DNA from: Curvularia clavata
Taxonomy: Eukaryota
Reading direction: 5' to 3'
Length of the DNA: 64,000 bases
Assembly: GCA_023920165.1 (NCBI GenBank)
Contig: CP089274.1
Span: 5,084,001 to 5,148,000, forward strand
Made by a program: the position numbers and the translations under genes
Notes under the pieces: model-generated
Told to the model about the DNA's origin: nothing
The model's input: the letters and a program-made list of their open reading frames with translations, nothing else
The model's database searches: none
Part shown: positions 13,789-25,956 of the stretch, piece after piece
Numbering within the stretch: the stretch's first letter is position 1
How the letters are laid out: every line of letters begins with the position of its first letter

Positions 13789-14365
13789 TCGGATCCGAGG
13801 AAACAATTAGTGTATTGGTAAGCAGCGGTGTGCAGCCCCACTTTTCCATCACTACTCCAACCAATTCACCTATACCAAACGCTGGACTAATGTCCGCCTA
13901 TCCACCTCGCTCATCTCCTTGATACCCAATAGCTCATTGTCCGTATGTCCTGGGTAGTCACAGCCATACTCCGTATCCGAACAGCCCAAAATAGCACTCA
14001 CACCGTATGCAACTTCGAAAGCTCTTTTCCCAATGCTTCCTTGATTTCCCCAAGAATCTCTTCAATCCCCTTACCATCGTGACCCACTCTCCGCTGTGCT
14101 TCTCTATTGCATGTACGCGTACTGTGACCCTCTTTGCTGAACTATCGCTGCGTACCCCCGATGCAAATCCATCGGATCCGAGCTCCACCCCTGCCTCTAC
14201 CTTACCTCTACCACAACACACGCATGCGCATTGCGCATCACGCACCACTTATCGCCTCGCGCCATTTCTTATATCACCTTACTTAATCTCATTCAATCCA
14301 TTCATACCCATGTTTTTCCTTTTCTGTCTCGGTTCCGAAGCATGTTCTAGCTATCTCGGCTCCGA
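13789..14365. promoter_or_regulatory. Four TCGGNTCCGA inverted CGG repeats in the divergent TF/SDR promoter
   Basis: TCGGATCCGA at 13789, TCGGATCCGA at 14172, TCGGTTCCGA at 14329 and TCGGCTCCGA at 14356. CGG-N2-CCG is a typical Zn2Cys6 site geometry. Confidence 0.55.
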
Positions 14366-14668
14366 CCTCGTCCCAATCTCGGATGGAGCATTCGGTTTGT
14401 TCAGAGCATTTCACTGGGGTGTTAGATTACCTATGTTAATAATCTTTATGCTACAGTACTCCTGAAACTCGGTGAGACACGGTCAAATACTCAGCCAAGA
14501 CAGACTTCTTATCCCGATCCTTCGATTGGTCATGAATCTAATTAGGCATCTTGGGAATTAGAGCGCATATATAAAGGCTATGGGATCTCTTCTACAAGAA
14601 TATCATCAACTTGATACCTTTCATACAACTCAGTTCAACGTTTTACTACATCTATCAGCCAATTAGTT

Positions 14669-15703
14669 ATGGCTACTAACAAATCTTTCACCAAAGAAAC
14701 CGGCGGCTTGGAAATTGCCAAATTCCACTCATCCCAAATTGCTGGCAAAACGGTGCTTATTACTGGTGTCTCCCCTGGAGGCATTGGAGAGGCTACTGCG
14801 CGCGCATTTGCCCATGGAGGTGCATCTACTATCATCGCAACTGGCCGCAGTATGGCACGAGTTGAAGGCCTTACCAAAGAAATCGCCGCAAAATACCCAT
14901 CCACAAAGTTCTATAACATTATTCTCGATCTTGCTTCTCTTAAAGATGTATACCGCGCTGCAAACGAAATCCTCAACAACAAATCTATCGAGAAAATCGA
15001 CATCCTTATCAACAACGCTGGTACCCAATTTGGGAACGCTGAGCGTGAACTGACAGTTGACGGTATTGAGACGCACCTCGCCGCCAACTACCTAGGCCAC
15101 TTTCTTTTCACCAAGCTACTCCTCCCACGACTACTTACCGCCGCTAAAATCAACCCTCCTGGCGCGACCCGTATTATTTCTTTGAGTAGTGAAGTTACTC
15201 AATTTACCCCCTTCCGCTTCAGTGACTGGAACTTCGACCACAAGGAAGTCCCCGCTGATGAGAGGCCCAACTGGAACGCTATTACTAGCGTCGTTGGAAT
15301 CCCTGAGCACACGAACTTTGAGGCGTTTGTTGCGTACGCCCAGAGCAAGACCGCCACGTCACTTCTCGCGGTCCACCTCAACACATTGTTTGCTAAAAAA
15401 GACGGGATCTTTTCGTTCGTAGTTCATCCGGGTGGGGTCATGAGTACATCGGGGATTAGGACAATAGCTGATGCGCCTGAAAATCTGAAAGCGATGTATG
15501 CGCAGATACTTTGGAAGAGTATTGATCAGGGGAGTTCGACGACTTTAGTGGCGGCTACAGATCCTGAATTGAACCCTGAGAAGGGTGTATGGCTAGAGGA
15601 CAACCAGCTTGGGGAGCCGGTTGAGTGGGCGGTGGATAAGAAAAAGGCTGAGAGGCTGTGGAAGTGGTCTGAGGAGATTGTTGCTGAGAAATTAGGGATT
15701 TAA
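14669..15703 (+). CDS. Short-chain dehydrogenase/reductase (retinol dehydrogenase/WWOX-like)
   Basis: Intronless 344-aa ORF with ITGVSPGGIG, ILINNAG, NYLGHFLFT, YAQSK (YxxxK) and VHPG; TATATAAA about 100 nt upstream. Confidence 0.92.
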   Translation: MATNKSFTKETGGLEIAKFHSSQIAGKTVLITGVSPGGIGEATARAFAHGGASTIIATGRSMARVEGLTKEIAAKYPSTKFYNIILDLASLKDVYRAANEILNNKSIEKIDILINNAGTQFGNAERELTVDGIETHLAANYLGHFLFTKLLLPRLLTAAKINPPGATRIISLSSEVTQFTPFRFSDWNFDHKEVPADERPNWNAITSVVGIPEHTNFEAFVAYAQSKTATSLLAVHLNTLFAKKDGIFSFVVHPGGVMSTSGIRTIADAPENLKAMYAQILWKSIDQGSSTTLVAATDPELNPEKGVWLEDNQLGEPVEWAVDKKKAERLWKWSEEIVAEKLGI

Positions 15704-16049
15704 GCTCGCTGAACTGCGCTGTTAGAGTTCGACCATAGTTGAATTCAGTCAATTTTAGTGTCCAGTTGAGCTATACCAAATTCGAACGCGAACCGGACAG
15801 CTATCAGTCACCAGTTCTAGTTCGCTAGTGAGCTGATGTCGTCTTCTCGTTCTTCCCTATATCCTGTTAATCAATATTCTTAAATGGATCAAGCATTCCT
15901 CCCACCTTCCGCGCACATGCACACCGCGATTACCCAGAGATCCCTGTCAGTTGTCCCGTCGTCGCCGGCGCCAACGCGGTCGCAGTTTTCCTGGTAGCTG
16001 ACACCTCCATTGTATCCCGGTGCTTCAGGTGTTGCGTTCTGATCGCGAG

Positions 16050-16640
16050 ATGTTTGGATGACGGCTATGGAAGATAATTTAATTACTTTCGCTCTTGGAA
16101 TCGATTACGGCGGGTCTAAGGGCGGATAGTTCTTTCAAAAAGTTGACTTAGGTTTCTGTAAGAGCGGCTATACAAACTGTTATCCTAACTAAAGTTATAG
16201 TAAAGAATTGTTAAACTGAAATTTGATACCCTCAAAAAAGACTGGAAGCTGTGGAACGTTTTAGCACCTTAGTCGGGCTTTACCTTCGACAAAGCTGGTC
16301 GTGTTATCGGCGACGAAGGCGCACTAGATAACTGCTTTAGGATACACCCTCTCGCTGTAAAGTTTAGGTGTTAACCGCTGCGGGCAGTAGATAGTCTCTA
16401 CTAATTGTTTAGTGGTTATACGGCAACGGGTAGCCACGTTGTAACACCAGAAGAGCTTTCGGCAGCAGAGCCAGCAGAACAGTCAACGGGTGAGGTCAGT
16501 GAGGATCGTCGTCGTCGGTCGCAGTCAGGGTTGGATTCAGAGTCGTCGCCGGGGCGGAAAAGTCATGTAAGTGCAGATTTTGGTGGACCCGATCTTGAAA
16601 GTCAGCTATTAGATTCTTTGTCTAGACTGGTAGGGTAGCT
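16050..16640 (+). mobile_element. PIF/Harbinger Myb/SANT-like ORF, RIP-degraded
   Basis: Translation across stops and frameshifts gives W..AMEDNLI..GLRADSSFKK..FDTLKKDWKLWNVLA.*SGFTFD..HPLAVKFR..LFSGYTATG, the pattern of Harbinger Myb_DNA-bind_3-type proteins; TpA-rich. Confidence 0.7.
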
Positions 16641-17214
16641 TATCTCAATTGCTATAAAGATACTGCTTGACTATAAGCGAGAAGTAGTAGATATACTATA
16701 GTTAAGTATAGTAATCTTTATAATGAGTTTTAGTTTGTTACTCTTCCCTATCATAAAAAAGTGCGACAGGCGCGATTTTTTATTGTTTATTCTCTGGAAA
16801 TGAGACAAAGTTAAGTGGAGCGGACGCTGAGGCAGACGCAGGAGGAAATACTAGATAGTAGGGTATTAACGGGGAAGAATTTTGATATAGAAATTGGGAG
16901 AGTTTGAGTGATAGTATTGGATTGATTTACGACAAACTGGCTGATTAATCCGCACCGGCCACTGTCGTGAGGCTTGGCATGGTGTTATAGTTTGATACTT
17001 TCACTACTACTATCCACCACCACCAATTTCAGCTTTTTGCTATATCTGCGTCACCTACTCTGCCCGCTACCTCTGCCGCCGAGTCTTGAGATAATTTCTC
17101 CGCAGCTTTTCTGCAATTTACTCCCTCCGTGTGTCATTGCTAAATGAATCTTCTAAGAGATCTCCTACCTCTTCTACTACTTTAGATAAGTCTATATCCT
17201 TCTCTATAGGATAG

Positions 17215-17630
17215 TGCTAGCTAATAAAGTTATATATATCAGTAAAAATATATAAAATCTTTGCGTACGACTTAACTAAGAACTTATAAGAACGATCGAA
17301 GATCCGCTAGTAATACTTAAAGATACTAAAGGTACGCTTTATTATACTATATAGGCCTAAGTACTAGAGGCCAAATATTTCTTGCTAACTGTATAGTGTG
17401 CGATCTGTAGCTCTAGACTCTTGTGAATAACAGCGCACGCTTTGATATAGCAAGGGTAATATACCGCTATTAGTATATGTAGTATTAGCGAGAGAGTATT
17501 TACTGTTAGTAGGTACCCTAAAGCGTCTCTCAACTATGTCTGATCTACTCTGCTATTATAGGTTAAGCCCTCCTAACCCGCTAGTAAGTAAGTAAACTTC
17601 ATATCGAATTCTACACCCGCCAATACGTTT
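17215..17630 (-). mobile_element. PIF/Harbinger DDE transposase (DDE_Tnp_4) remnant, RIP-degraded
   Basis: NVLAGVEFDMKFTYLLAG*EGLTYNSRV (consensus-like ..LAGWEGSAHDSRV), VPTNSKYSLANTTY and EIFGL*YLGLYSIIKRTFSIFKYY*RIF. Stops are TAG at expected TGG positions; convergent with the Myb ORF. Confidence 0.8.
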
Positions 17631-18289
17631 TAAGTTCCCTCCTACAATTGCAGAAGCGTGCCTGCTGACTAGTTGATCCATATAGAGGGAGATTTGTCTG
17701 AGCGGATCGCTCCCCTCTATTATCCGCTAGAAGCGAGCGAGGTTATTGGCTTTGGGTCGTCGAGCTTCAGCAGCCTTCTCGATGATGACAATGTATTGAA
17801 TTGCCCACACATGAAGGAAGAGCAGTAGGACAGATCTGATATCGAGACACGGGCTTACAAAGCGTTAAGACACCAAGACCATCGGATTGCGCAATAGCCA
17901 TCAAGCCATAAGAAGGTCTCAATTAGTCCGCAGAAAATATCGACACTTGTTTAACTTGCTTATTGTGGTCATTTCACTAGTCCTTCCACTCCGAAACGGC
18001 TGTGTTCCTTTCTTTGTAGTGAACGTCAAAGGCCATCAGACTACAAAGCTGTTGCACATACGTGCTGGTGTACAAAGTTATAGAAGTTTTCAACCGTGGG
18101 TTTCTTTTCTTAGCACGCGCCCTTCATGAGTCAACGCACCGCCTCAATGAGAGGGTTGCTCAGCGACAGTTCCATCTGTCCTCTCCGAGAATGAAGGCTC
18201 TATATCTCATTGCTAGTATATATGGATGGAGCCAGCCATCCATCAGCTAAAGGCGTTCCTGATGGCATGCCCCGGTCATACTGTTCCCT

Positions 18290-18440
18290 CAAAGAAATAC
18301 TATGGCGTCTCCTCTTCAACCCTTCGATGCCGCTAAGCTGGTGGACAATTAATGGAAGACAAATCCGAGAACCAACTGTGTTTCTGGCTATCCGAAGCGG
18401 AAGCAGTGATTGATTTCGCGCTACGAATAGCTGACATTGG
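18290..18440 (+). mobile_element. Fot1/pogo-like transposase N-terminal HTH fragment
   Basis: KYYGVSSSTLRCR*AGGQ..SEAEAVIDFALRIADIG resembles the psq-HTH/CENP-B start of fungal pogo transposases; it is followed by TpA-rich coiled-coil-like relic sequence. Confidence 0.45.
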
Positions 18441-18596
18441 GAAAAACCTTCGAATGAATAGCGTTTTTGTTGCTATATTCTTTACTACTGCTTCTCAATA
18501 ATAGCTATTTCTCGCTTTCTCTAGCCTAGCTCTAGCATTACTCTGTTGTAACCTCTTTTGCCTATAGCATCGCATTAGAAATGCTTTTAAGCTTTC

Positions 18597-20306
18597 TTAT
18601 GTTGTATAGAGCTTAACATCCCGTCCAACAGACTCTGCCTCAGCTAGCAGCTTCTTGTTGTCTTTTTTTAGAAGGTATTTCATAAGCATTGAAGCTATGA
18701 TACTTATCACTGAAAATGCCATCATGAGCAGCATCGCCATAACATAGCGAGGTCCGTCTGTCGATGGAAAGAAATAGGGACTCCAGATGTTACCAAGTTG
18801 TGAGAGCAGGTTGATAATCGCTGTTGCGCATGCGCGCTTCTCCGGTGTTTGGTTGAGTGCACCTGCAGCCCAAGAATAGACGGCAGCATTAGCAGCAAAA
18901 GCTCCTGCGCAATACAAGAAGGAAGCGAAGTAGCGAGCAGGTTTATTGAGGGTTCCAGCAGAGATTGCAAACCCAGCAATAGCGACTACCATAGGGGCGC
19001 TAATGTGGTAACCGCGCTCGTTGAAGCGATCACTGGAGTAGGCAACCATGAAAGACACGAAGGCGCCGAAAAGATAAGGTGGTGCCGTGAGCAGTAGAGT
19101 GACGGTTCGGGACCCGAAATTCATGGATCTGACAATACTGGAGTGCTCTTAGTATGATCTCAATGGGTATCTTCATTAAAGCATACGCACGTTGGAAAAA
19201 AATTATTGAATCCGTAGGCGGTGTGATTAGCACACAAAATGATGACCTATGCATTGCGTTAGGTCCACACTGATGCTATCAGCATGCCAGTATGTATAGT
19301 GTCACTTACAAAAATCCACGTTCGTACGTCTTTAACCGCAAGGCTCAAACCATGCCAGACTGATCGATCAGCTTCGGGAAGTGATACACGGTCAATTGCA
19401 ATTCGTTTTTGGGCAAGCTCGCGTTCCTCTTCACTGAACAACCATTTTGCACTTCCTGTCTTAGTACCCGGAAAATCGGGTAGTAAGATGAATGCGGCAA
19501 GGGCGGCTACCACGCTCCCTGCACCCTCTAGAATAAACAGCCACTGCCATCCACGAAGTCCTCGCACGTCGGTAAGACCAGCGAATATACCAGCAGCGAT
19601 GAGACCAGAGAACGCAGTTGCCAATACAAGCCCAGAATACAAAACGGCAGTGCGTAGAGCAAGTTCTCTGCGAGTGTACCACGAAGAGAGCATAAAGAAG
19701 GCCTATGATAGGACGTAATCAGTATAAATATGCACCACCATCGAAAGTTCCAATAACCTACACCAGGGAAGAACGGTGCTTCCACAATTCCAAGAAAGAA
19801 TCGGACGGCGACAAGCCCTGCGAAGTTATGAACGCCAGCTGTCGCTGCTGATACGCAAGACCAGACCACAACACAGCATGGGAGATAGATACTGGGTCGG
19901 ACTCGGGTGAGGATCATGTTGGATGGTAGCTGTGCAAGCATGTAGCCAACGTTGAGAATTGATACTGCAATGTTGAACTGGTTGCCTACAAGGCCGAGAT
20001 CTTTTTCGAAGTTATCAAGTCGGGCCTGTCTAAACGCAAGTTCAGCTATTTAACCATCCAAGAGAACATAATTGAGTGAGGTACTAACGCGATGTTGTTT
20101 CTGTCCAGGTAGTTGAACATGTAGAGGATCCACACAATAGGCATTAGTGTTAGATCCAGTTTGCGGACAAGTCGACGTTCGGCTGCCTTCCACTCTGGAC
20201 TCTCGTTGTGACCAAGATTTCCATCGATGGAGACTTCTTTGTGCTCTGCAGCCTCCATAGACTTTTCGTTGTGAAGCGAATTTGCATCTTGCTTCTGAGT
20301 GGACAT
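18597..20306 (-). CDS. MFS transporter, anion:cation symporter (Dal5/allantoate-nicotinate permease) family
   Basis: ERRLVRKLD, NYLDRNNI, QLPSNMIL, RFFLGIVEAPFFPG, LSSWYTRRELA, GWQWLFILEG and LLTAPPY; five exons. Confidence 0.92.
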
Positions 20307-20875
20307 GTTGCCTCGGTACTGTGTAGGACGAACAGTTGGTATAAGAGCCCGGAATTGGAGTTCTCTGATCAGTGAAATATCTTCGGACTATCAGGGTAGG
20401 GTATTTAGATACTGAGACGTCCTCCACAGATATATGCGCATTTCAGCGCGCTGAACCAATTGAGTAACCTTTTTCCCCAGAAAATCGGACTCCGCAAAAT
20501 AATGGCAGCGGAACAGGAGGACTAGGTTTCCCCGCATAGATTACCCCACTAAAACCGCCGAACCGGGGTACTAGTTTTCCTGGGGAAACCGCACTTCTAC
20601 GAAAAGCACAAAAGGCATTGGTCAGGACGATGTGCATGGTTCTGACTAGCGCAAACCGATCGGAGCACCAAGCAAAGAATCAAGCCATGGAATCGGCAGT
20701 CAGCTATGTCCGATCGGCGCCGTGATCGCAATCGAGTGGTTCGAGGTCGCGCCTATAGAAGCCATGTCCAGGAGGTTGTCTGCTATATATAATCGTACTC
20801 TGAATAGTAATTGAGTCTGTTTGTCTTACTGTCACGACCATTAACAAAACACCAATACTACTATCGCAGTTAAAA

Positions 20876-21852
20876 ATGACGAATGGAAACGGAATCGCTG
20901 CGCTGCCAATGTCGCCAGCCACAAAATTGAGGCGTATGTTGGACAAGGATGACATCGTGGTGGCTCCCGGTGTATACGATGGGTTTGGCGCGCGCATTGC
21001 CCATGAAGTTGGCTTTGACGCTATTTACATGGTATGATGTGAACTCACCGAGCTCCGGAGATGAGAAACTGACCTCTGGATCTTTAGACTGGCGCTGGCA
21101 CGGTCGCCTCCAAATTAGGTCTGGCAGACCTTGGCTTCGCTTCGCTCAACGACATGCGCGAACATGCGGAGATGATTGCGAACCTTAATACTGGTGTGCC
21201 TTTGATTGCGGATGCAGATACAGGTTATGGAGGACCGAACATGGTCGCTCGCACTGTAGCTCAGTACCACCGCTCAGGCGTAGCAGCATTGCACATTGAG
21301 GATCAAATCCAGACCAAGCGCTGTGGACATTTGGGCGGGAAGGAGGTTGTCGACATCACAGTATTTTCCCAGCGTATCAAGGCCGCATATTTAAAAAGGG
21401 AGGAATTGTGCTCGGACATGATTATAATCGCTCGTACCGATGCGCTCCAGACACATGGCTTTGAAGAAGCGGTGCGAAGGTTGAAAGCTGCTGTTGAAGC
21501 TGGCGCGGATGTGGGATTCCTTGAGGGCGTCACCACGGCCGATGAAGCGCGCGAAGTGTGCAAACTTATGTGGCCAACCCCAATGCTGCTCAACATGGTC
21601 GAACATGGAGCTACGCCCTCGTGGACACCCGCAGAAGCAAAAGAACTCGGCTTCAAGATAATCATCTTTCCTTTCGCTTCCATCTTTCCAGCATACCAGG
21701 CAATCAAGGAAGCCTTCGTCAGGATTAAGAAGACGGGTAAGACAGGACTGGATGAGGGGTATACTCCGAAAACATTGTTCGAGATTGTTGGCTTGAAGGA
21801 CTCGATAGCCATGGATGCGGCAGTTGGTGGAAGTTTGTACAGCAAGGTTTAG
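20876..21852 (+). CDS. Isocitrate lyase/PEP mutase superfamily C-C lyase, 2,3-dimethylmalate lyase/oxaloacetate hydrolase-like
   Basis: VAPGVYDG, YM|TGAG (one intron, about 21032-21087), DADTGYGG, HIEDQ..KRCGHL, IIARTD and IIFPFA. Confidence 0.9.
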
Positions 21853-23204
21853 AGTCTAAGATAAATCTAGTCATTAAGGCCCACTCCTGACACGGGGAAT
21901 TTGGTATAAGCCTTCTTAGGCCAATTGACAACCTAGGAGATTGTGTGACTTATACCGGTAGGGTGCCTCCGGTCGCAATCATAACGTACATGCCCTTTAT
22001 CTGCCATACCCTCACTAGATATCCACAATTCAGTCTGGGTACGTTTGAAAAGCCCACCATAACAACGCACGAAACATCTCATACCCAGCTGCAAATAGTG
22101 CAAAAGGCCTTTGTTCCTACTTTTACAGGCCATTTCGTTCTCAGTGTACTTGAATAACCTTGATGACTACGTTGCGCAACGGGACTGGTGACACAGTAAG
22201 GGCCCACGCTAGGCTTCAATGATTGGAATAGTTTGAGAACGTACTGAAGTGACAAGATGATTGTTGAGTACTAGTTAAGCAAAGGGCTTGGTTGATAAGT
22301 TAGAATAACCACGAAGGAGTGTGAGCTATAAAGGAAGTCTTATCCCTAGATATATAAACGCCTTCGTCACAATTTGGTATTGCACTGTCTGCTTCATTCT
22401 GCTAAGACAGAGCAGTGGAAGTAAATCATGTGATCTTTATACGGTTTGACTGGTCGGCGGCTGTCATCCACTATCATCCAGATCATCCGTGCCTCAATTT
22501 ATTCGTGTCCGTGAGAGTTTAATATTAGTTTCAATTTGAAAAAAAAAAGATTTATTCTATCTTGAGTTCGGCTTCCGGGTGACGGGGTTTGATGATAGTA
22601 GAGTGGATATGTCTATACCAACTTATACCGTCTTTCTAGAGGTGACGAGGGATTAGGCCGATGGTTTGGCAAGGGTTGGGGTGGCAGGCTGTATGATGAT
22701 ATATTCTTGGATCACAAAGGATGTGGAGCAGAGCATTTGTGTAGAGCGAGGTATCTTGACAAGCTGTGGGGGGTTGTATATCTTCGTGACTATATGCTAC
22801 TAGCTAACGTGATTCGTGATTCGCGAAATGCTTCGCAGTCACGTGATCGAGAGGCTCCCCGCCTTTCGTGCAGCGCATCGATCCGAAGCAAGAGCACGAA
22901 CCAATCATACCACTGACGCTCCCCTCAAGGTGCGCTATTGCGTCGCCCGTATCGTCGTGGCCATGTGATGCTTCACAGCTGCGGTATATCGCAATGACAT
23001 GACTGCGACTGCGAGAGGAAGCTAGATAATATCGGTGCATGGAATCATCTACTAAGCAAGAGCCGACGTGCGGCCCGACAGGAAACACTCGCGCCGCATC
23101 GGACAAGGCTAACGAAGCTAACACTTGCACGCGGGTGCGATGCGGACTCCGGTGCCTGACGATTCGGCATCTACCCACCACCTGTCGTGCAAAGCAGCAG
23201 CAAC

Positions 23205-25395
23205 ATGGAGCACACGGCTGCACCGACCGGCCATAACAACGCTGAAAAAACTTCCGGTCGGCGCAAAGCTTGCAACGAGTGCAAACAGCAAAAGCTTCGA
23301 TGTGATCTTGCTAGCGAGGAAGCGACAGCACTTGCAACATGTGGTAGATGTGCCCGGCTCGGCCTCGAATGCAAAATTGATCACGATTTTCGAAGGAAGA
23401 GAAAGCGCAGACGCTCGGCCGATCTGGAGAAAGAAGTTCGAGAGCTACGTGAACAGCTGGAGTCTGGTCGAAATGCATCTGGTGCTTCTGGCATGAGGGG
23501 ATGGTCGATATTTTCGCCAACGCCACCCTCAGCCTCAGCGAATGAAGCCTTGTCCACCCACTTTGCGCCCTTATCCGTAACTCAACCAGTCTCTATCCCC
23601 ACCGATGGCTCGTCAGTGAAGAGTGCAGAGGGAATCATAGGGCCGGGTACGCATGTACCTGGCCTCACTACCAGGCCAAGCATTGAAGTGCCTACGCCTC
23701 GCGGATCCATCTGGAGCGCAGAAGCGCGCCCCAGAGCACTCGGGAACACAGTATTGTCGGTGGACGAGATTGACCATCTCTACCATATGTGAGTCTTCAT
23801 CCCGCTCCAGTCCTGTATTAGCGATGACGTGGTTTGGCTGACTCCGCTTCACTTCTTCCAGCTTCACGACAGTTTACCACCCCTTTCTGCCACTCATCAA
23901 TACAACAAAGTCTCCCCATGAGCACTTTGAGAGTTCCGAGCTCTTGTTCTGGACCATCATCTCGGTGGCGTCTAGGCGCGAGGTTTCTCAGCCAACCCTG
24001 CTACCCAAGCTTGCTCGAACTGTTACAGATCTGACCTGGAGAACTTTACGGTCCATCCCTCACAATCTGTCAACAGTCCAGGCCCTTGCCTTGCTTTGTA
24101 CCTGGCCATTTCCAACAAGTAGCAGTACTCAGGATCCCACCTTTATGTTCGTTGGTCTTATGCTGCAAATTGCAACACAGATGGGCCTCCACCGCGCTCG
24201 TGACGTGCAGGACTTCACCAAAAGACCAACAACGCTGGATGCCTCGGAGTACGCCGAATGGGTACATACCTGGGCATCTTGTAATTTGGTTGCCCAAAGG
24301 TTAGTCTATACCCCTTGGCTTATGAGCCTTATTGTGAGTGGGCATTGATTGTATCGCGACTCTCAGCGTAAGCTTTGGCTGTGGACTGCCACTTCTCATC
24401 CCGACACATGACTGGGCTCCAGCAGAATATGAAAAGCGTAAAGACATGGGGTCCTTGAATTCTGGATTCTCGTTTCGATCGCGCCTTCGTATAGAACACT
24501 TTCGGCATCGTGTATCATCTTATCTCTCGCCTCCTATGCTTCCAATCAGCCACACGGCAGCCATGCAGGAAAGGACAACCATATATCGCCTGCTCAACGC
24601 GGAATTCGCTGAAATAGAGCGTGACGAGAAAGATGCGGCTGGTAAGTCTTTGAATTCTACATGACGCCGGCTTGAGTCAGAAGATAATACTCATGCAGCC
24701 TTCACAAACTGGCATCTGGCAGCAGCAAAGCTACATCTCCATGCATTTTACCTCTTCGACGATGACACCACGAGAGACTACCACGATCGTATCATTAGGT
24801 TGTATCTGACAGCATCTTCGCTTATTAAGCTGAGCCTTGACTATGACATTAACGACGGCGGGTTTCTCCACCACTGTCCTTTCTCTTGTTGCCAAGTCTT
24901 TGTCTGCGCGGCATTTGTCGTTCTCAAGATCCTCATGAACAGCTTCTTCAGAACCATGCTGGATGTTGACTCTGGCACACAGACACTCGAAGCTGCCATT
25001 GCAGCGTTGCGGAAAATGAGTGTAGTGAACAATGACCTGCCGGCGAGACTGGGCGACGTCGTAAGCTACTTCTGTGCAGTGCCTGATCCGACGGTTGTTG
25101 GGGGTGCAACTAGTGGCGACCTACGACTGCGACAAGTGCAACATAGAATGAGCATGAGCGTAGTCTACGATTGCCTGTGGACATGGAGGAAAAACCTCCA
25201 GTCAGAGCACAATGAAGCTACCGATTCTAATCATGTCGGCACACGAGATGAGTCATGCTCCTATTGTACTCAAAACACGTGGTGCTGACGCATCAAGTAC
25301 AGGTCCCACATACTTCCTACGTAGCCCCGGATACTCATGAACTCGACATCACATCAATTTTGACTGATTTTGTAGACATGGACATGCTGTTTTGA
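23205..25395 (+). CDS. Zn(II)2Cys6 transcription factor, Leu3/Sef1-like
   Basis: ACNECKQQKLRCD..CGRCARLGLECKID..FRRKRKR; fungal TF domain (YHPFLP, LFWTII, QALALLCTWPFP, QMGLH). About four introns; the 3' end is uncertain (25288 or 25395). Confidence 0.85.
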
Positions 25396-25424
25396 AAGCT
25401 ACTAACGAGACCTAACATCTTGTA

Positions 25425-25848
25425 TTGGAGCAACCTGTACAGCGGACGATTTTTACTTTCTTCGACGTGGTCTCTCAACACTATATTACACAGATCTTGG
25501 CCCTTCTCGGTGCCATCACTGGACGAGATCTAGTCTCTTTGCACGCCAAATGTAATGTTAGCTTTCGAGTCATTGACTACACCACCGCGACTGCGTCTCC
25601 TGAGAGCCTAAATGGCTGCAGCGTGCATACCGACTACGGTACTTTTGGCATTTCAGTACAGAAATGCAGACCTCGAGATAGGGGCGCCCAAGACGCCCGG
25701 AACGTGGGCCCCTGTGCCTGGCAATGCGACGGTAATGCTATGTGGGTGGTGTGCAGTGGTGTTAAGTGGGGGTAATGTAATGGCAGCACGTCACCGTGTT
25801 CGACGCGTGCCTGGAGTACGACGCCTAATGCTTCAAATTCTAAAGTGA
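25425..25848 (+). pseudogene. 2OG-Fe(II) dioxygenase fragment
   Basis: NVSFRVIDY..CSVHTDYGTF (HxD), then a frameshift to WAPVP..AARHRVRR (distal His); no N-terminal domain or ATG. Confidence 0.6.
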
Positions 25849-25956
25849 TAATAGAAACCCGTTTTATCCAGCCTGAGCTTAAACCCCCGAAAGGGAACTC
25901 CATACAATGAACAAAACTCTCACAACCTATCCATAAGAAATGCTGTTGTATTCATT

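Noticed and set aside
25918..25930. Extra TAG-GTT-GTGAGA micro-exon-like site past the final stop
   Set aside because: It has no branch site or homology to the repeat unit and lies after the TAA exon, so it may be chance.
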